From an uncultured virus (IMG/VR IMGVR_UViG_3300032893_002794) (Duplodnaviria > Heunggongvirae > Uroviricota > Caudoviricetes): DNA of 64,000 bases. The notes below the pieces were generated by a model. It saw only the letters and a program-made list of their open reading frames with translations, did no database searches and was not told the origin of the DNA. Both the position numbers and the translations under genes were made by a program. The stretch lies in IMG/VR virus record IMGVR_UViG_3300032893_002794; one strand, written 5' to 3'. Each line of letters begins with the position of its first letter. The stretch's first letter is position 1. Of this stretch, positions 9,375 through 18,371 are shown one piece after another.

Positions 9375-9664
9375 TTCATGACTCCTGACCAGCGCCCTCG
9401 CATGAGACCTCGAGCGAGCCTCTCCTGCGGCGAGCGCTCGAGCGCCAGGAGGGTGCCCTCTGCCACCCCGGCGTCGACCCCGAGCACGCCGGAGAGGGAC
9501 GCGGCGCGCTCCACTCGGGCCAAGCGCCGACGCACGTCCCACCTCGCGCGGACGGCCACCCTCGAGATCTCAGATCTCTTCTCCGGCGAGAGCTTCGCCG
9601 CCCGGGCCGGACCTCCCCGCAGCCCTCCCAGTCGTCCCAGTGCGACAGCGTGAGCGTTCTTCAT
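9371..9664 (-). CDS. Small basic protein with AVALGRLGG motif (putative antitoxin/regulator)
   Basis: MKNAHAVALGRLGGLRGGPARAAKLSPEKRSEI...RW plus SPQERL; translationally coupled to the NTase. Confidence 0.65.
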   Translation of the reverse strand: MKNAHAVALGRLGGLRGGPARAAKLSPEKRSEISRVAVRARWDVRRRLARVERAASLSGVLGVDAGVAEGTLLALERSPQERLARGLMRGRWSGVMK

Positions 9665-9714
9665 GGCGCGTATTCTGCCACGTGAGCGCTCAAGTATCCA
9701 GCTAGTGTGAGGGT

Positions 9715-9927
9715 TCAGCCCCTGCCCTGTCGCAGGGCGGAGCGCCGCTCGACTTCCTCCTCGTACGCAGACCAATCCTCGTCACTCATGTCGTCTGGGT
9801 GGCCGTCGTGGCAGTTGGTCTCCATCCACATGTCCAAGCATGCCTCGTGGATGGTGGCCTTGGACCACTTCTCGTGCAGTCGTCGTCCCATCTTTCCGAT
9901 GTTCGGATTCCTCTTCAGTCCTGACAT
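9715..9927 (-). CDS. Hypothetical protein
   Basis: 70 aa; AAGGAG RBS. Confidence 0.5.
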   Translation of the reverse strand: MSGLKRNPNIGKMGRRLHEKWSKATIHEACLDMWMETNCHDGHPDDMSDEDWSAYEEEVERRSALRQGRG

Positions 9928-10734
9928 GGCTCGCGTCTCCTTCCGTGGATATGTTGTTTAGGCCGCAGTGTACGCAGCGACAGCGGACGGGTGCCAGCGC
10001 GAGCTTTTTTGTGTGGAGGAGCCTGCCGATCTCGCGCTGCGGGCTCGCGGACGGTCGTCGCCTGAAAGCGACGTGTCCGCACTCGAGTCTCAAGCACCAG
10101 GCCTGACTTCCGCGGAGTCCTGGCTTGGCATAACTGATGTGCACGACCAACCGCAGTGGATCTAAGTTCGGAGAGACGCTCGTACCTCGTCTCTTCGGCA
10201 CGCCGTGAGCCCAACTCATGTCTCTGATCGCCGCTTCATGGGTACTACTCTTACTTGGGCGTCATACGCGACGATCCTCCGGTCTCGCGCGATGAGGGCT
10301 GGTTTCTCAAAATTCGAAGCGATCAGATTATTGACATACAGGGCAACTTCTCGGAGCTTCGGTGGCTCGGCTCTGCTCTGTATTCTCACCATCACTTTGA
10401 GCTCGAACACCGTGGATCGTATCGTGGCATGGAACTTGATGGGTCGCCTCTTCAGTCCCGGCATGATCTGTACCTCCAGTGTAGATCTCATCCTGTGGGC
10501 AGTAGTGGTGAATTGCAGTGGATCTCGAACTCGACGACCTCTGAGCCGGGCACCTGCTCCTGGCGACCGCGCACGAAGTTGAGGGCGTCGGCGTCGGCCG
10601 CCAGGCAGAAGGGACCGAACCAGCACGTGAAGCGGCCCATGCCCGCGCCGGTGCAGATGAGCCACTCGGGCAGGGCGAGGCCGTACCGGGCCGACGGCCT
10701 CCGGAGGGCTAAGCACTTGATCACCTGGCCGCGC

Positions 10735-12417
10735 CTAGGATCCACCAGGCGGCTCCAGCACGCCGACGAGGCTCGCGGGGTAGTAGGCACCCTCGTCGCT
10801 GGTGGGGACGACCTTACTCGCCCCGGTCTGGTCGTCCTCGAGGACTTTGACCTTGCGGGCCTCGTACTCCACGTGGGCCGCCGCACCTACGACGAGCTCA
10901 CGCTTCTTACTCTTCGACCTGATGAGAAACTGCTGACCGTCCTCGGCTGTGAGGACATAGTCGTGGACCGTCTCGAGCACGCACGTGTGCTGAGCGTAGA
11001 AGCTCTGCTGGGCCTCTGTGGTGTCGGTCACGCGCACCCGCTTGCCGAGGTCGGCCTTCCGGAGCTCGTGCGAGGTCACCGTGGCCCGAGCGCACAGGGT
11101 GCATCGGGTGAGCACCGTCTGCTTGAAGTCGGGTCCTCCCTTGGTGGTCCTGACTTTGTGCTCCTTAACGGTGCCGCGCAGGGAGACCACCTGGCCGGGC
11201 TCGAGGCCCATGTCGCGGGTGGAGAAGTAAGCGAACATGTTGTCCTGGGGGTCGGACATGGCGTACAGGTACTTGGGCCCGAAGTCTCCCTCGAGCACCC
11301 TGCTGTACTCGACCCGGAGGGCCTCGAACACTCTCCGCTCCTTGACGACTCCCTGGTGGGTGGACCGGGCGGCCCGCTCGGAGAAGCTAGACCTTTGGGC
11401 GCGCCGCTCGAGGTCTCTCTGGTAGAATATGATGGACGATGCGACGATGCCCTCGAAGCCGGGCCGCAAGATCCCTGAAGCCATCGCCACGCGCAGGGAG
11501 TTCTCGTAGTCGGAGAGCGCGTCGACGTCGCAGCCCTCGAAGTGCTCACGGCAGTGGTCGATCGCCTTTCTGGCGAGCTCGTAGTCCGCCTCGCTGGGCA
11601 TGTAGCGAGTGCGCTGCTGGGGAGACGCGAAGAGGCCGCACGATTGGGCCAGATTGGCGGTGGCCTGGTGGTCCTTGCCCTGAGCTCGCGCCGCCCTCCG
11701 CGACAGCCACCCGTCCTCCCGGATGGAGCACGCCACGAACGGCAGGTAGCTCTCGATCGTCGAGTACCTCGGACCTCCGCGGTCGGAGACCTCGCGCTCG
11801 GAGTCCTCGAGCAGCTCGCCGGCCGAGCACAAGATCTCCGAGGCCTCGCACAGGGCCCAGGGGTCGGCGATGCCGGTGTAGTCCGACAGGCACTGCCGGC
11901 CGACCTGCCGGAGGCTCCCCGAAGCGTCCCGCAAGACGAAGGTGTCGTTGCGCCGGCGGGCGAGGTGGCAGTGGTCGCAGTTCTTGGGGTCGGCTTGCCG
12001 GTACCTCTTGAGCTCGCCCTCCGCGACGTCTGCTCCCGGGCACACCCGGAGCACGGTCCCCACCTCCTCGACGTGCGACAGCACCGCCACGAACTGCCAC
12101 CCCTCTACGCGCGAGGGCTTCGGAGCCACGAGCTCGACCACCGCGTACACCTCACCGACTCGCCTCGCATGTGCCCTTCCCTCGAAGTCGAGGGCGGACT
12201 GGAGCTGGTCGACCTCGGGCTGGCGCACCTTAAGATCGCCCACGTTGATCACGATCGGCTCCACGGGATAGCCGCGCTTCGCGAGGCGGGATGCGCGCTT
12301 GTTGAGCTCGACTATCCTCGCCCTCAGGCGCTCGACGTTCTCGGCCGGCACCTCGAAGACGGTGCGCGCACTGCCGCCCTGCCCTGCCACAACTTCTGCG
12401 ATCGTCGCGTTTTCCAT
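10735..12417 (-). CDS. Phage-type protein with Cys motif and C-terminal OB-fold-like region
   Basis: 560 aa; CDHC...RRRNDTFVL...QVGRQCL; C-terminal VVSLRGTVKEH...QTVLTRC; has its own promoter. Confidence 0.65.
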   Translation of the reverse strand: MENATIAEVVAGQGGSARTVFEVPAENVERLRARIVELNKRASRLAKRGYPVEPIVINVGDLKVRQPEVDQLQSALDFEGRAHARRVGEVYAVVELVAPKPSRVEGWQFVAVLSHVEEVGTVLRVCPGADVAEGELKRYRQADPKNCDHCHLARRRNDTFVLRDASGSLRQVGRQCLSDYTGIADPWALCEASEILCSAGELLEDSEREVSDRGGPRYSTIESYLPFVACSIREDGWLSRRAARAQGKDHQATANLAQSCGLFASPQQRTRYMPSEADYELARKAIDHCREHFEGCDVDALSDYENSLRVAMASGILRPGFEGIVASSIIFYQRDLERRAQRSSFSERAARSTHQGVVKERRVFEALRVEYSRVLEGDFGPKYLYAMSDPQDNMFAYFSTRDMGLEPGQVVSLRGTVKEHKVRTTKGGPDFKQTVLTRCTLCARATVTSHELRKADLGKRVRVTDTTEAQQSFYAQHTCVLETVHDYVLTAEDGQQFLIRSKSKKRELVVGAAAHVEYEARKVKVLEDDQTGASKVVPTSDEGAYYPASLVGVLEPPGGS

Positions 12418-12426
12418 CGTGTGACC

Positions 12427-12455
12427 AGGCTACCACTTCTAGAAGTAGGTGTCAA
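12427..12455 (-). promoter_or_regulatory. Sigma70-type promoter
   Basis: TTGACA-N17-TAGCCT, 9 nt upstream of the ATG at 12417. Confidence 0.65.
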
Positions 12456-12612
12456 ACGATAAAAATGATGCATCTGCGTCGCACCGGGTCGGTGGCGGAC
12501 TGACCCTAATTTTTATCCTTGACACCTGGTGAGCTGGTGCCGCAATATGGTCAACGACACCAGGTGCGAAAGTGCCAGAAGACATCAATGAGAATAGGAG
12601 CTGTGGACCAAC

Positions 12613-13203
12613 ATGAGCAGAGGAAAGCGAACGAAGAGCAGCAACGGAACGTCGTCGACATCGAGCGCGAGCCGCGGGGATAGTGAGAGCGCCGCCGCGC
12701 CGCTAGTCAAGAAGATGCCCACGGTCGCGGAGCGGATGCGCGCCAAGGCAAAGACCGCTCGCTCCCTGCTCGAAGATCTTGCCGTCCTGGCGAAGCGCAC
12801 GGTCGCTCCGCAGGAGATCGTCGAGAAGTCTCAAGCCTTGGGATCGGAGATAGGTTTTCTGCAATCCATCATCGGAGCACTCGATACGAGCGGCTGGCAG
12901 CCGGCCAAGCTGGTACCCCTCAAAGATCTCGCGGAGGGGGACGCCATCACCGTCGCCCCGAAGCACCGCGAGACCTACTCGTTCGTCCCCGGGCTCGCGG
13001 ACGGCACCGTCAAGCTCGTGGCGGGCACGATCGTCCGCTCTTCGAACGGCCGCATCCTGCGCGTGCTGCTCAAGAGGTCTGCCATAGACATAAGGGCCAC
13101 GCCGCACGACTTGGGCCCCACCAAGTGCGGGTCTGATGGCGAGGAAACTTACCCCGAGGCCGTCTACGGCTTCGCGCCGCTCGCGCACCTGCAGCGGGCG
13201 TAG
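12613..13203 (+). CDS. Hypothetical protein, paralog of 52300-52764
   Basis: IGALDTSGWQP...LAEGDAITVAPKHRETY resembles VGSLESAGYAP...YEVGDKVKVAQQYRPRY; AGGAG RBS. Confidence 0.6.
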   Translation: MSRGKRTKSSNGTSSTSSASRGDSESAAAPLVKKMPTVAERMRAKAKTARSLLEDLAVLAKRTVAPQEIVEKSQALGSEIGFLQSIIGALDTSGWQPAKLVPLKDLAEGDAITVAPKHRETYSFVPGLADGTVKLVAGTIVRSSNGRILRVLLKRSAIDIRATPHDLGPTKCGSDGEETYPEAVYGFAPLAHLQRA

Positions 13204-13306
13204 CCCGCCAGCACGCGCGCTGAGCGTGTGGGGGCGGACCGGCTCGGTGGGCCCGCCCCGCCGCGAGAGCTGCAAGGTCGTCAACCGGACAGGCACGGTT
13301 TTCTAC

Positions 13307-13381
13307 TGCGGGGTCGACAAGCGGTCAAAGTCTCCGGGCTCATAACCCGGCAATTCGCTGGTTCGAATCCAGCCCCCGCAA
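13307..13381 (+). tRNA. tRNA-Met(CAT), initiator-like, copy 1
   Basis: Acceptor stem TGCGGGG/CCCCGCA; anticodon arm CCGGG-CTCATAA-CCCGG with three G-C pairs; T-arm GCTGG-TTCGAAT-CCAGC; CCA not encoded. Confidence 0.9.
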
Positions 13382-13444
13382 CAACGCTCAGGATCTTCGC
13401 TTGTCATGCAACTTGCTGGAAGAGACGGGCAATGGGAGACGGTC

Positions 13445-15016
13445 ATGAGGCAAGAAGAGAGAGGCTCAATCATACTGGTAGTATTGCTGGTCATCCTCGT
13501 CCTCGCAGCTGTGGGGATGGTCGCGATCTTCGCGACGAACAGCACGCTAAGGGTCGAGGCCAACGTCAACATGTACAACCAGGCGCTGGTAGTGGCCGAG
13601 GCCGGGGTCGAGCGAGCTCGCTACATCCTCACGAACCAAGCGGCGCCCCTCGACGTGCACGCGCTCCTTGAGGGGTCGCACCACCCTAAAGACGAGGTCC
13701 CGCAGGCCGAGCAGGAGTGCGCGGGGCAGTGCGGGAATGTCTCGGAGTGCGACGGGGTGAAGCGCGGGGCGATCGTGGTCGACCCTCAGGGCGCTTCCCT
13801 CCTCCTCGACGTCAGCTACCCGTCGATCGATCGCAACCACCTGCCCGACGGGACGCACGTGGCGTCCACGATGGGCAGGTATACCGTCTACGTCAGGCAG
13901 GACGTGGTAGACTGCAGGATGGGCAACTTCACCTGCGACGGCGTCCCCGCGGGAGACGCCGGGATCTCGGGGTGCGAGGTTCCCGCCGGAGCGCCCTCTC
14001 CGAACGGCGTTCTGACCGTCCGCTCCGAGGGGGTGGCCCTCGACGGCTCTCGAGCTGTTGTGGAGAGGAGCATCAGCATCAGGGCACTAGCACCAGTAGG
14101 ACTCAAGAGAGACTCGGGCGCGGGTGGTGGTCCTGACTTGGGAGATCCCGCGGGGTCGGGCGGAGCCGGCGGATCTGGCGGGGACTCCGGGACCGGAGGA
14201 TCTACAAGTTCAGGAGGAAGCACCGGCACAGGGGGAGCGGTGCTACCGGGAACCGGAGGCCTGGTCGGCACCGGCGGCCTGGTGGGCACGGGAGGGCAGG
14301 TGGGCACGGGTGGCACCGTGGGTCCTCCCGTCGGCGTGTGCCTCTCCTACGCTGTCTCTGCCGTGGGGCCCTGCAGGACGGACTCCGGGTGCATCACGAT
14401 CGACAACAACTCGCTCGTGGACAGCAAGGTCTCCATGAGGTGCTCGCACGGCAGCGCCTCTGGGATATGCCCCAACAACTGCCCCAGCGGCTGCGTCCCC
14501 GCCGTCGACTACAGCTCGAGCATCAGCCTGACTACCAGCACGTTGCCGGTGCCCCCGCACACGACCAGCTCGGCGTCAGTCCTCTCCCCACCAGCCACTT
14601 CCGTGCCAGCGCCGCCAGATTCAAGTGACGTCACCTACTACGACGAAATCAAGGTGACGTCAGGGACCTTGACCCTGCACAGCGGGCGCTACGTGGTCAA
14701 CAACCTCCGGCTGGACGGGGGCACGCTGCACGTCGATGACGCTCGCGGCCCCGTCGTGGTTTATGTGCTCGGCACCCTGAGCCCGAGCTCGAGGGTGACG
14801 GTCCAGAGCGGCACGGCTAACGGCTTCTGGCTGGTCTACGACGGACCCTACGACGTCAACAACAACACCGGCAACGACTTCACTGGCGTCATCTTCGCTC
14901 CGGGCGCGGTGGTCAACCTCAACTACAAGGTCCACGGGGCAGTAGTGGGGGCGAAGGTCACGCTCAACAGCCAGTCGCGCGTGTCCTACGATGCCGACCT
15001 AGCCTGCCCGCTCTGA
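13445..15016 (+). CDS. PilX-like minor pilin N-terminus, Gly-rich linker and C-terminal beta-solenoid domain
   Basis: MRQEERG|SIILVVLLVILVL class III signal peptide; QALVVAEAGVE PilX motif; GTGG repeats; C-terminal FTGVIFAP...GAVVG. Confidence 0.8.
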   Translation: MRQEERGSIILVVLLVILVLAAVGMVAIFATNSTLRVEANVNMYNQALVVAEAGVERARYILTNQAAPLDVHALLEGSHHPKDEVPQAEQECAGQCGNVSECDGVKRGAIVVDPQGASLLLDVSYPSIDRNHLPDGTHVASTMGRYTVYVRQDVVDCRMGNFTCDGVPAGDAGISGCEVPAGAPSPNGVLTVRSEGVALDGSRAVVERSISIRALAPVGLKRDSGAGGGPDLGDPAGSGGAGGSGGDSGTGGSTSSGGSTGTGGAVLPGTGGLVGTGGLVGTGGQVGTGGTVGPPVGVCLSYAVSAVGPCRTDSGCITIDNNSLVDSKVSMRCSHGSASGICPNNCPSGCVPAVDYSSSISLTTSTLPVPPHTTSSASVLSPPATSVPAPPDSSDVTYYDEIKVTSGTLTLHSGRYVVNNLRLDGGTLHVDDARGPVVVYVLGTLSPSSRVTVQSGTANGFWLVYDGPYDVNNNTGNDFTGVIFAPGAVVNLNYKVHGAVVGAKVTLNSQSRVSYDADLACPL

Positions 15017-15058
15017 GGAGCTCGCTCCGTGCTGCCGATGGCGTAGAAGGATATTTAC

Positions 15059-15133
15059 TGCGGGGTCGACAAGTGGTCAAAGTCTCCGGGCTCATAACCC
15101 GGCAATTCGCTGGTTCGAATCCAGCCCCCGCAA
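15059..15133 (+). tRNA. tRNA-Met(CAT), initiator-like, copy 2
   Basis: Identical to 13307-13381 except for one C>T change in the D-loop. Confidence 0.9.
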
Positions 15134-15508
15134 CAACGCTCGGGATCTTCCGGGCGCCCGGCGGCGATGCTCGCTTGTCATGCAACTTGAGAGCCTCCAC
15201 ATCGCCGCCGGTTTTTTCTGCTCTGTCTCATTGTGGCTTGACTCAGTTCATTCCGATATCGGATCACTTCAATAACTAAGTGTTAAAAAGTATTTCTTGA
15301 CCTCATTACCTCGTGGTACGATCGAGTGCATGTCGAAGAGCAAGGTCCGGTCACAACCGAGAGATCGCGCCACGGGCCGCTACTCGTTCGACGGCAAGCT
15401 CGAGCGACTCTGCCGGTGCGCCAAGCTGCTCGGCACGCACCTGGCCGAGCCTCCCCATCCTGGGCTCGCAGAAGTTGACGGAGTGAAGTACATCATTCAT
15501 CTTTGTTC

Positions 15509-16126
15509 TCATGCATAGCTCCAGAAGCGGGTGTCCGGCACTCCCGGCACTCGGATCTCGCGGGCCCCGGCGGCGACCCTCCTCGCGGCGATCTCGGCCG
15601 AGCTGTGCCTGTACTTGGGGTACCTGCCGGGGTCCTGCAGGTAGAGGGCGTGGAGCCTGTCCTGAGTCCTGGGGGCGTCCCACTGGGTAGCGCCTCTGAC
15701 CAGGTCGGGCACACGGCCCTCGACGACGGCGGCCGCCAGCTGGAGCGTGCGGGCCGTGGGCGGCCGCTTCGTGTCGGCGTAGTGATTCACCTCCTGCGAT
15801 CCGAACCTCCCCGAGGGGCAGAGGACGGCGAAGATCTTGCTCTTGACCCCCCGGACCTTGTTCCACACCGCCCGCCCCACCGCGAGCCTACCCTTGTCCA
15901 TCTTCTCCTCGCTCTGCATAGCGGAGGCCAGCGCGTACGTGTCGAGGTCAGCGCCGGCGGCCTGGGCGAGACCCTCGGGGTCGGCGGCGACGAGCCCGTC
16001 CGGCCCGACCGCGTGCAGCCGGCCCTCCACCCTCAGGTGAGCCAGGGACCGCGCGACCAGCGCCAGGCCGACCGTGCCGCCGACACCGGCGGCCCACGCC
16101 CTCCAGCCGAGTCGCAGGTCACGCAT
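15509..16126 (-). CDS. Membrane-anchored SleB/Hydrolase_2-like cell-wall hydrolase
   Basis: N-terminal TM; YALASAMQSE (candidate catalytic Glu), LAVGRAVWN, DLVRGATQWD. Start set at ATG 16126, downstream of a promoter. Confidence 0.55.
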   Translation of the reverse strand: MRDLRLGWRAWAAGVGGTVGLALVARSLAHLRVEGRLHAVGPDGLVAADPEGLAQAAGADLDTYALASAMQSEEKMDKGRLAVGRAVWNKVRGVKSKIFAVLCPSGRFGSQEVNHYADTKRPPTARTLQLAAAVVEGRVPDLVRGATQWDAPRTQDRLHALYLQDPGRYPKYRHSSAEIAARRVAAGAREIRVPGVPDTRFWSYA

Positions 16127-16132
16127 CACTCG

Positions 16133-16161
16133 AGGGTAGTCCGATAGCGCGAACGTGTCAA
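16133..16161 (-). promoter_or_regulatory. Sigma70-type promoter (leaderless transcript)
   Basis: TTGACA-N17-TACCCT, 6 nt upstream of the ATG at 16126. Confidence 0.5.
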
Positions 16162-16278
16162 CGTCACCCGGCAGTCGGTAGTGGGTCAGTTTGGGGAAAG
16201 ATCGTGAGGCACGGATCGGCCGTTGGCGCAAGTCATCGATAAAGGAACGGGCTAGCGGCCATCGTCGGTGGTAAGTAC

Positions 16279-17439
16279 ATGCAAGGATATCGCGACATGG
16301 TGGATAACGCTAATAGTCAGGATGTTTTGGACTACGGCGAAAATGTGGGTTACGATGATGCTGCAATGGGATGGGCAACTCTTCAATACTCCCTGGATGA
16401 GGTGGCCTCTGCCGGAGATGTTCTGGTGGACAAGAAATGCTCCGCGGATGATTATGATCGCGCGCTAGATGTCGTAAATAATTGGAGATCGTGTCACGCA
16501 TTTGCGCTGAATACGCTCCAAATGAACCTGCGAAGAAAGGCCAGTGCGATGGATGTGAATGCGACCATCGCGCAGAGGATCAAGCGGCTGCCTGCCATCA
16601 TTCACAAACTAGATCGTCTCCGATGGCTCAGGCTCTCTAAGATACAGGACATCGGCGGATGCCGAGGAATTCTTTCAAACGTAAGGCAGGTGAACAAGTT
16701 ACGTGATGAATTCGTCAACGGCTCTGGAATGCAACACATTCTTATTACACAGGATGATTACATCACCAACCCCAAGAAGACAGGATACCGTGGAATTCAT
16801 CTCGTGTATGAGTATCGCAGTAAGAGGAACTCATTGCACAACGGTAGGAAGATCGAAATACAATTGCGTTCTCGTCTTCAGCATGCATGGGCCACTGCCG
16901 TAGAAACTGTTGGTTTGTTTTCACAACAGTATCTTAAGTCGAATCGCGGAGACACTAGATGGTTGCGTTTCTTTTCCCTTATGGGATCTGCAATGGCTCA
17001 GCGAGAAAAGGTTTCTCCCGTTCCAGGTACCCCAACAGACACCACCGAACTGATAAGCGAACTCACCACTCTGGCGTCTGAACTTGAAGTTAGGACCAAA
17101 CTGGCCGCGTGGACGAGTGCGTTGCAGTGGGTAAGGCCGCAGCAGGAAGGGTCACACTTCTTATTATCACTTGACACCCGCGCCGAGCGCTTAACCGTCA
17201 CGACATACGGAAAATCACAATTGGAACAGGCAAATGCGGATTATCTCAAATTAGAGAAGGACAATACTGGTAAACCTGGTCGAGATGCCGTTCTGGTCAC
17301 GTTAGAGTCGGTGAAATCACTTCGAACCGCATACCCGAACTATTTTGCTGATACGCGACTGTTCATGGAGGCCGTAGACGCAGCTACGAAGAATCTTCTG
17401 ACCAAGGGAAATCCCAGGCAGCTATCCCTGCCTATCTGA
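16279..17439 (+). CDS. RelA/SpoT synthetase-domain protein, CapRel-like fused toxin-antitoxin
   Basis: AQRIKR, QDIGGCR, GYRGIHLVY and IEIQLRSRLQHAWATAVE synthetase motifs; C-terminal AYPNYFAD (YxxY). True start is probably ATG 16366. Confidence 0.85.
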   Translation: MQGYRDMVDNANSQDVLDYGENVGYDDAAMGWATLQYSLDEVASAGDVLVDKKCSADDYDRALDVVNNWRSCHAFALNTLQMNLRRKASAMDVNATIAQRIKRLPAIIHKLDRLRWLRLSKIQDIGGCRGILSNVRQVNKLRDEFVNGSGMQHILITQDDYITNPKKTGYRGIHLVYEYRSKRNSLHNGRKIEIQLRSRLQHAWATAVETVGLFSQQYLKSNRGDTRWLRFFSLMGSAMAQREKVSPVPGTPTDTTELISELTTLASELEVRTKLAAWTSALQWVRPQQEGSHFLLSLDTRAERLTVTTYGKSQLEQANADYLKLEKDNTGKPGRDAVLVTLESVKSLRTAYPNYFADTRLFMEAVDAATKNLLTKGNPRQLSLPI

Positions 17440-18256
17440 GCAGATCCACAATCTCCCCAACCTCCCAAACGTGGTCGGTGACGTCCGCTGCCATCGCAGG
17501 CGTCACCCGCAGCGTCTGATGGATGCGCGCGAAGTTGTAGTGCATGAAGTGCAGAGCGACGGCTGCGCAGTGGTTCTCAAGTTTCTTTGAGAAGGCGTTA
17601 GTCAGGCGCGTGAACCGTCGCATGCTCATGCGCATTGTGAGGTTCTGACGCTCAACGTAGCTCGTGGAGATGTGCACCTTATCCGGTGTGCCGACGATGA
17701 TTTCCTTCTTTGCGCCAGTGCAAAGCGCTGGACTGTAGCGGACCTCGGTGCCGACGTCGCGGTTGTCACTGCCGTACTGCTTGACCAGCATCGCGTAGTC
17801 GATGTCGTTGCCGAAGGCGCGCTCTACCGCATCCACGTAGACCTTGTGGCCGTCGCTCGTGAGCTGCACGCGGTTGGCAAGCCGGCCAGCAAGGTCCGAG
17901 ATGAAACGGTAAGCGGTCTCGGCGCTGCGGTCGCCAACCACCCACGAGGCGATCAACTTCGTCTCAGCGTCGAGCGCGGTCCACGTCCAAACGTCGCCAA
18001 TTCCGTGCGCGCCAGCATTCACCTGCTTCTGTTTGGCGCCGACGAATGACCAGATCTCATCGACCTGGACGCGCTTGCATGGAAGGTTCACGAGGTGCTC
18101 GACCTGATAGGCCTCGCAGGCTTCGCCGAGTTCGAGCAAGAGCTTCTGAATCGTGTTCTTCGCGATGCCCGTCATGCGGACGGTGCCGCGGATGCTGTTA
18201 CCCTCGACCAAAGCCTTGACCACTTGGATCTGCTTCTCTCGTGGCAACCGATTCAT
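17432..18256 (-). CDS. IS1-family DDE transposase
   Basis: N-terminal HTH; VQVDEIWSFV, LTSDG, STSYVERQNLTMR...RFTRLTNAFSKK. Confidence 0.93.
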   Translation of the reverse strand: MNRLPREKQIQVVKALVEGNSIRGTVRMTGIAKNTIQKLLLELGEACEAYQVEHLVNLPCKRVQVDEIWSFVGAKQKQVNAGAHGIGDVWTWTALDAETKLIASWVVGDRSAETAYRFISDLAGRLANRVQLTSDGHKVYVDAVERAFGNDIDYAMLVKQYGSDNRDVGTEVRYSPALCTGAKKEIIVGTPDKVHISTSYVERQNLTMRMSMRRFTRLTNAFSKKLENHCAAVALHFMHYNFARIHQTLRVTPAMAADVTDHVWEVGEIVDLLR

Positions 18257-18286
18257 ACTGACCATTATGCGTGAGGGCTCTCGCAT

Positions 18287-18371
18287 ATGCAAGCATCTTT
18301 TTACAACCATGCTTGCATTCTTCTACATCTAGCGTAGTATGCAAGCATCAACAGAGAAAGGATGCTTGCAT
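18287..18371. promoter_or_regulatory. Two inverted-repeat operator pairs between the divergent transposase and P63C genes
   Basis: ATGCAAGCAT-N12-ATGCTTGCAT (18287-18318) and ATGCAAGCAT-N13-ATGCTTGCAT (18339-18371). Confidence 0.6.

Noticed and set aside
10255..12462. Long plus-strand ORFs (10255-11478, 11542-12462; likewise 1680-2498 and 44735-45973)
   Set aside because: They are antisense shadows of well-supported minus-strand genes, as expected in high-GC DNA.
13203..13300. GC-rich structured stretch containing CTGCAAG before the first tRNA (possible tRNA-Cys or ncRNA)
   Set aside because: No pairing anticodon stem or T-loop; cannot be supported without a covariance-model search.
14150..14320. 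Short GGCACCGG-type repeats resembling an array
   Set aside because: They encode the GTGG linker of the PilX-like protein; no CRISPR repeat-spacer structure or cas gene was seen anywhere in the window.
13307..15133. attL/attR of an integrase-driven island
   Set aside because: Both tRNAs are complete and no integrase lies within or near the cassette.
16127..16231. N-terminal extension of ORF 15509-16231
   Set aside because: It reads through the IS1 inverted repeat; a promoter and ATG at 16126 give a better start.
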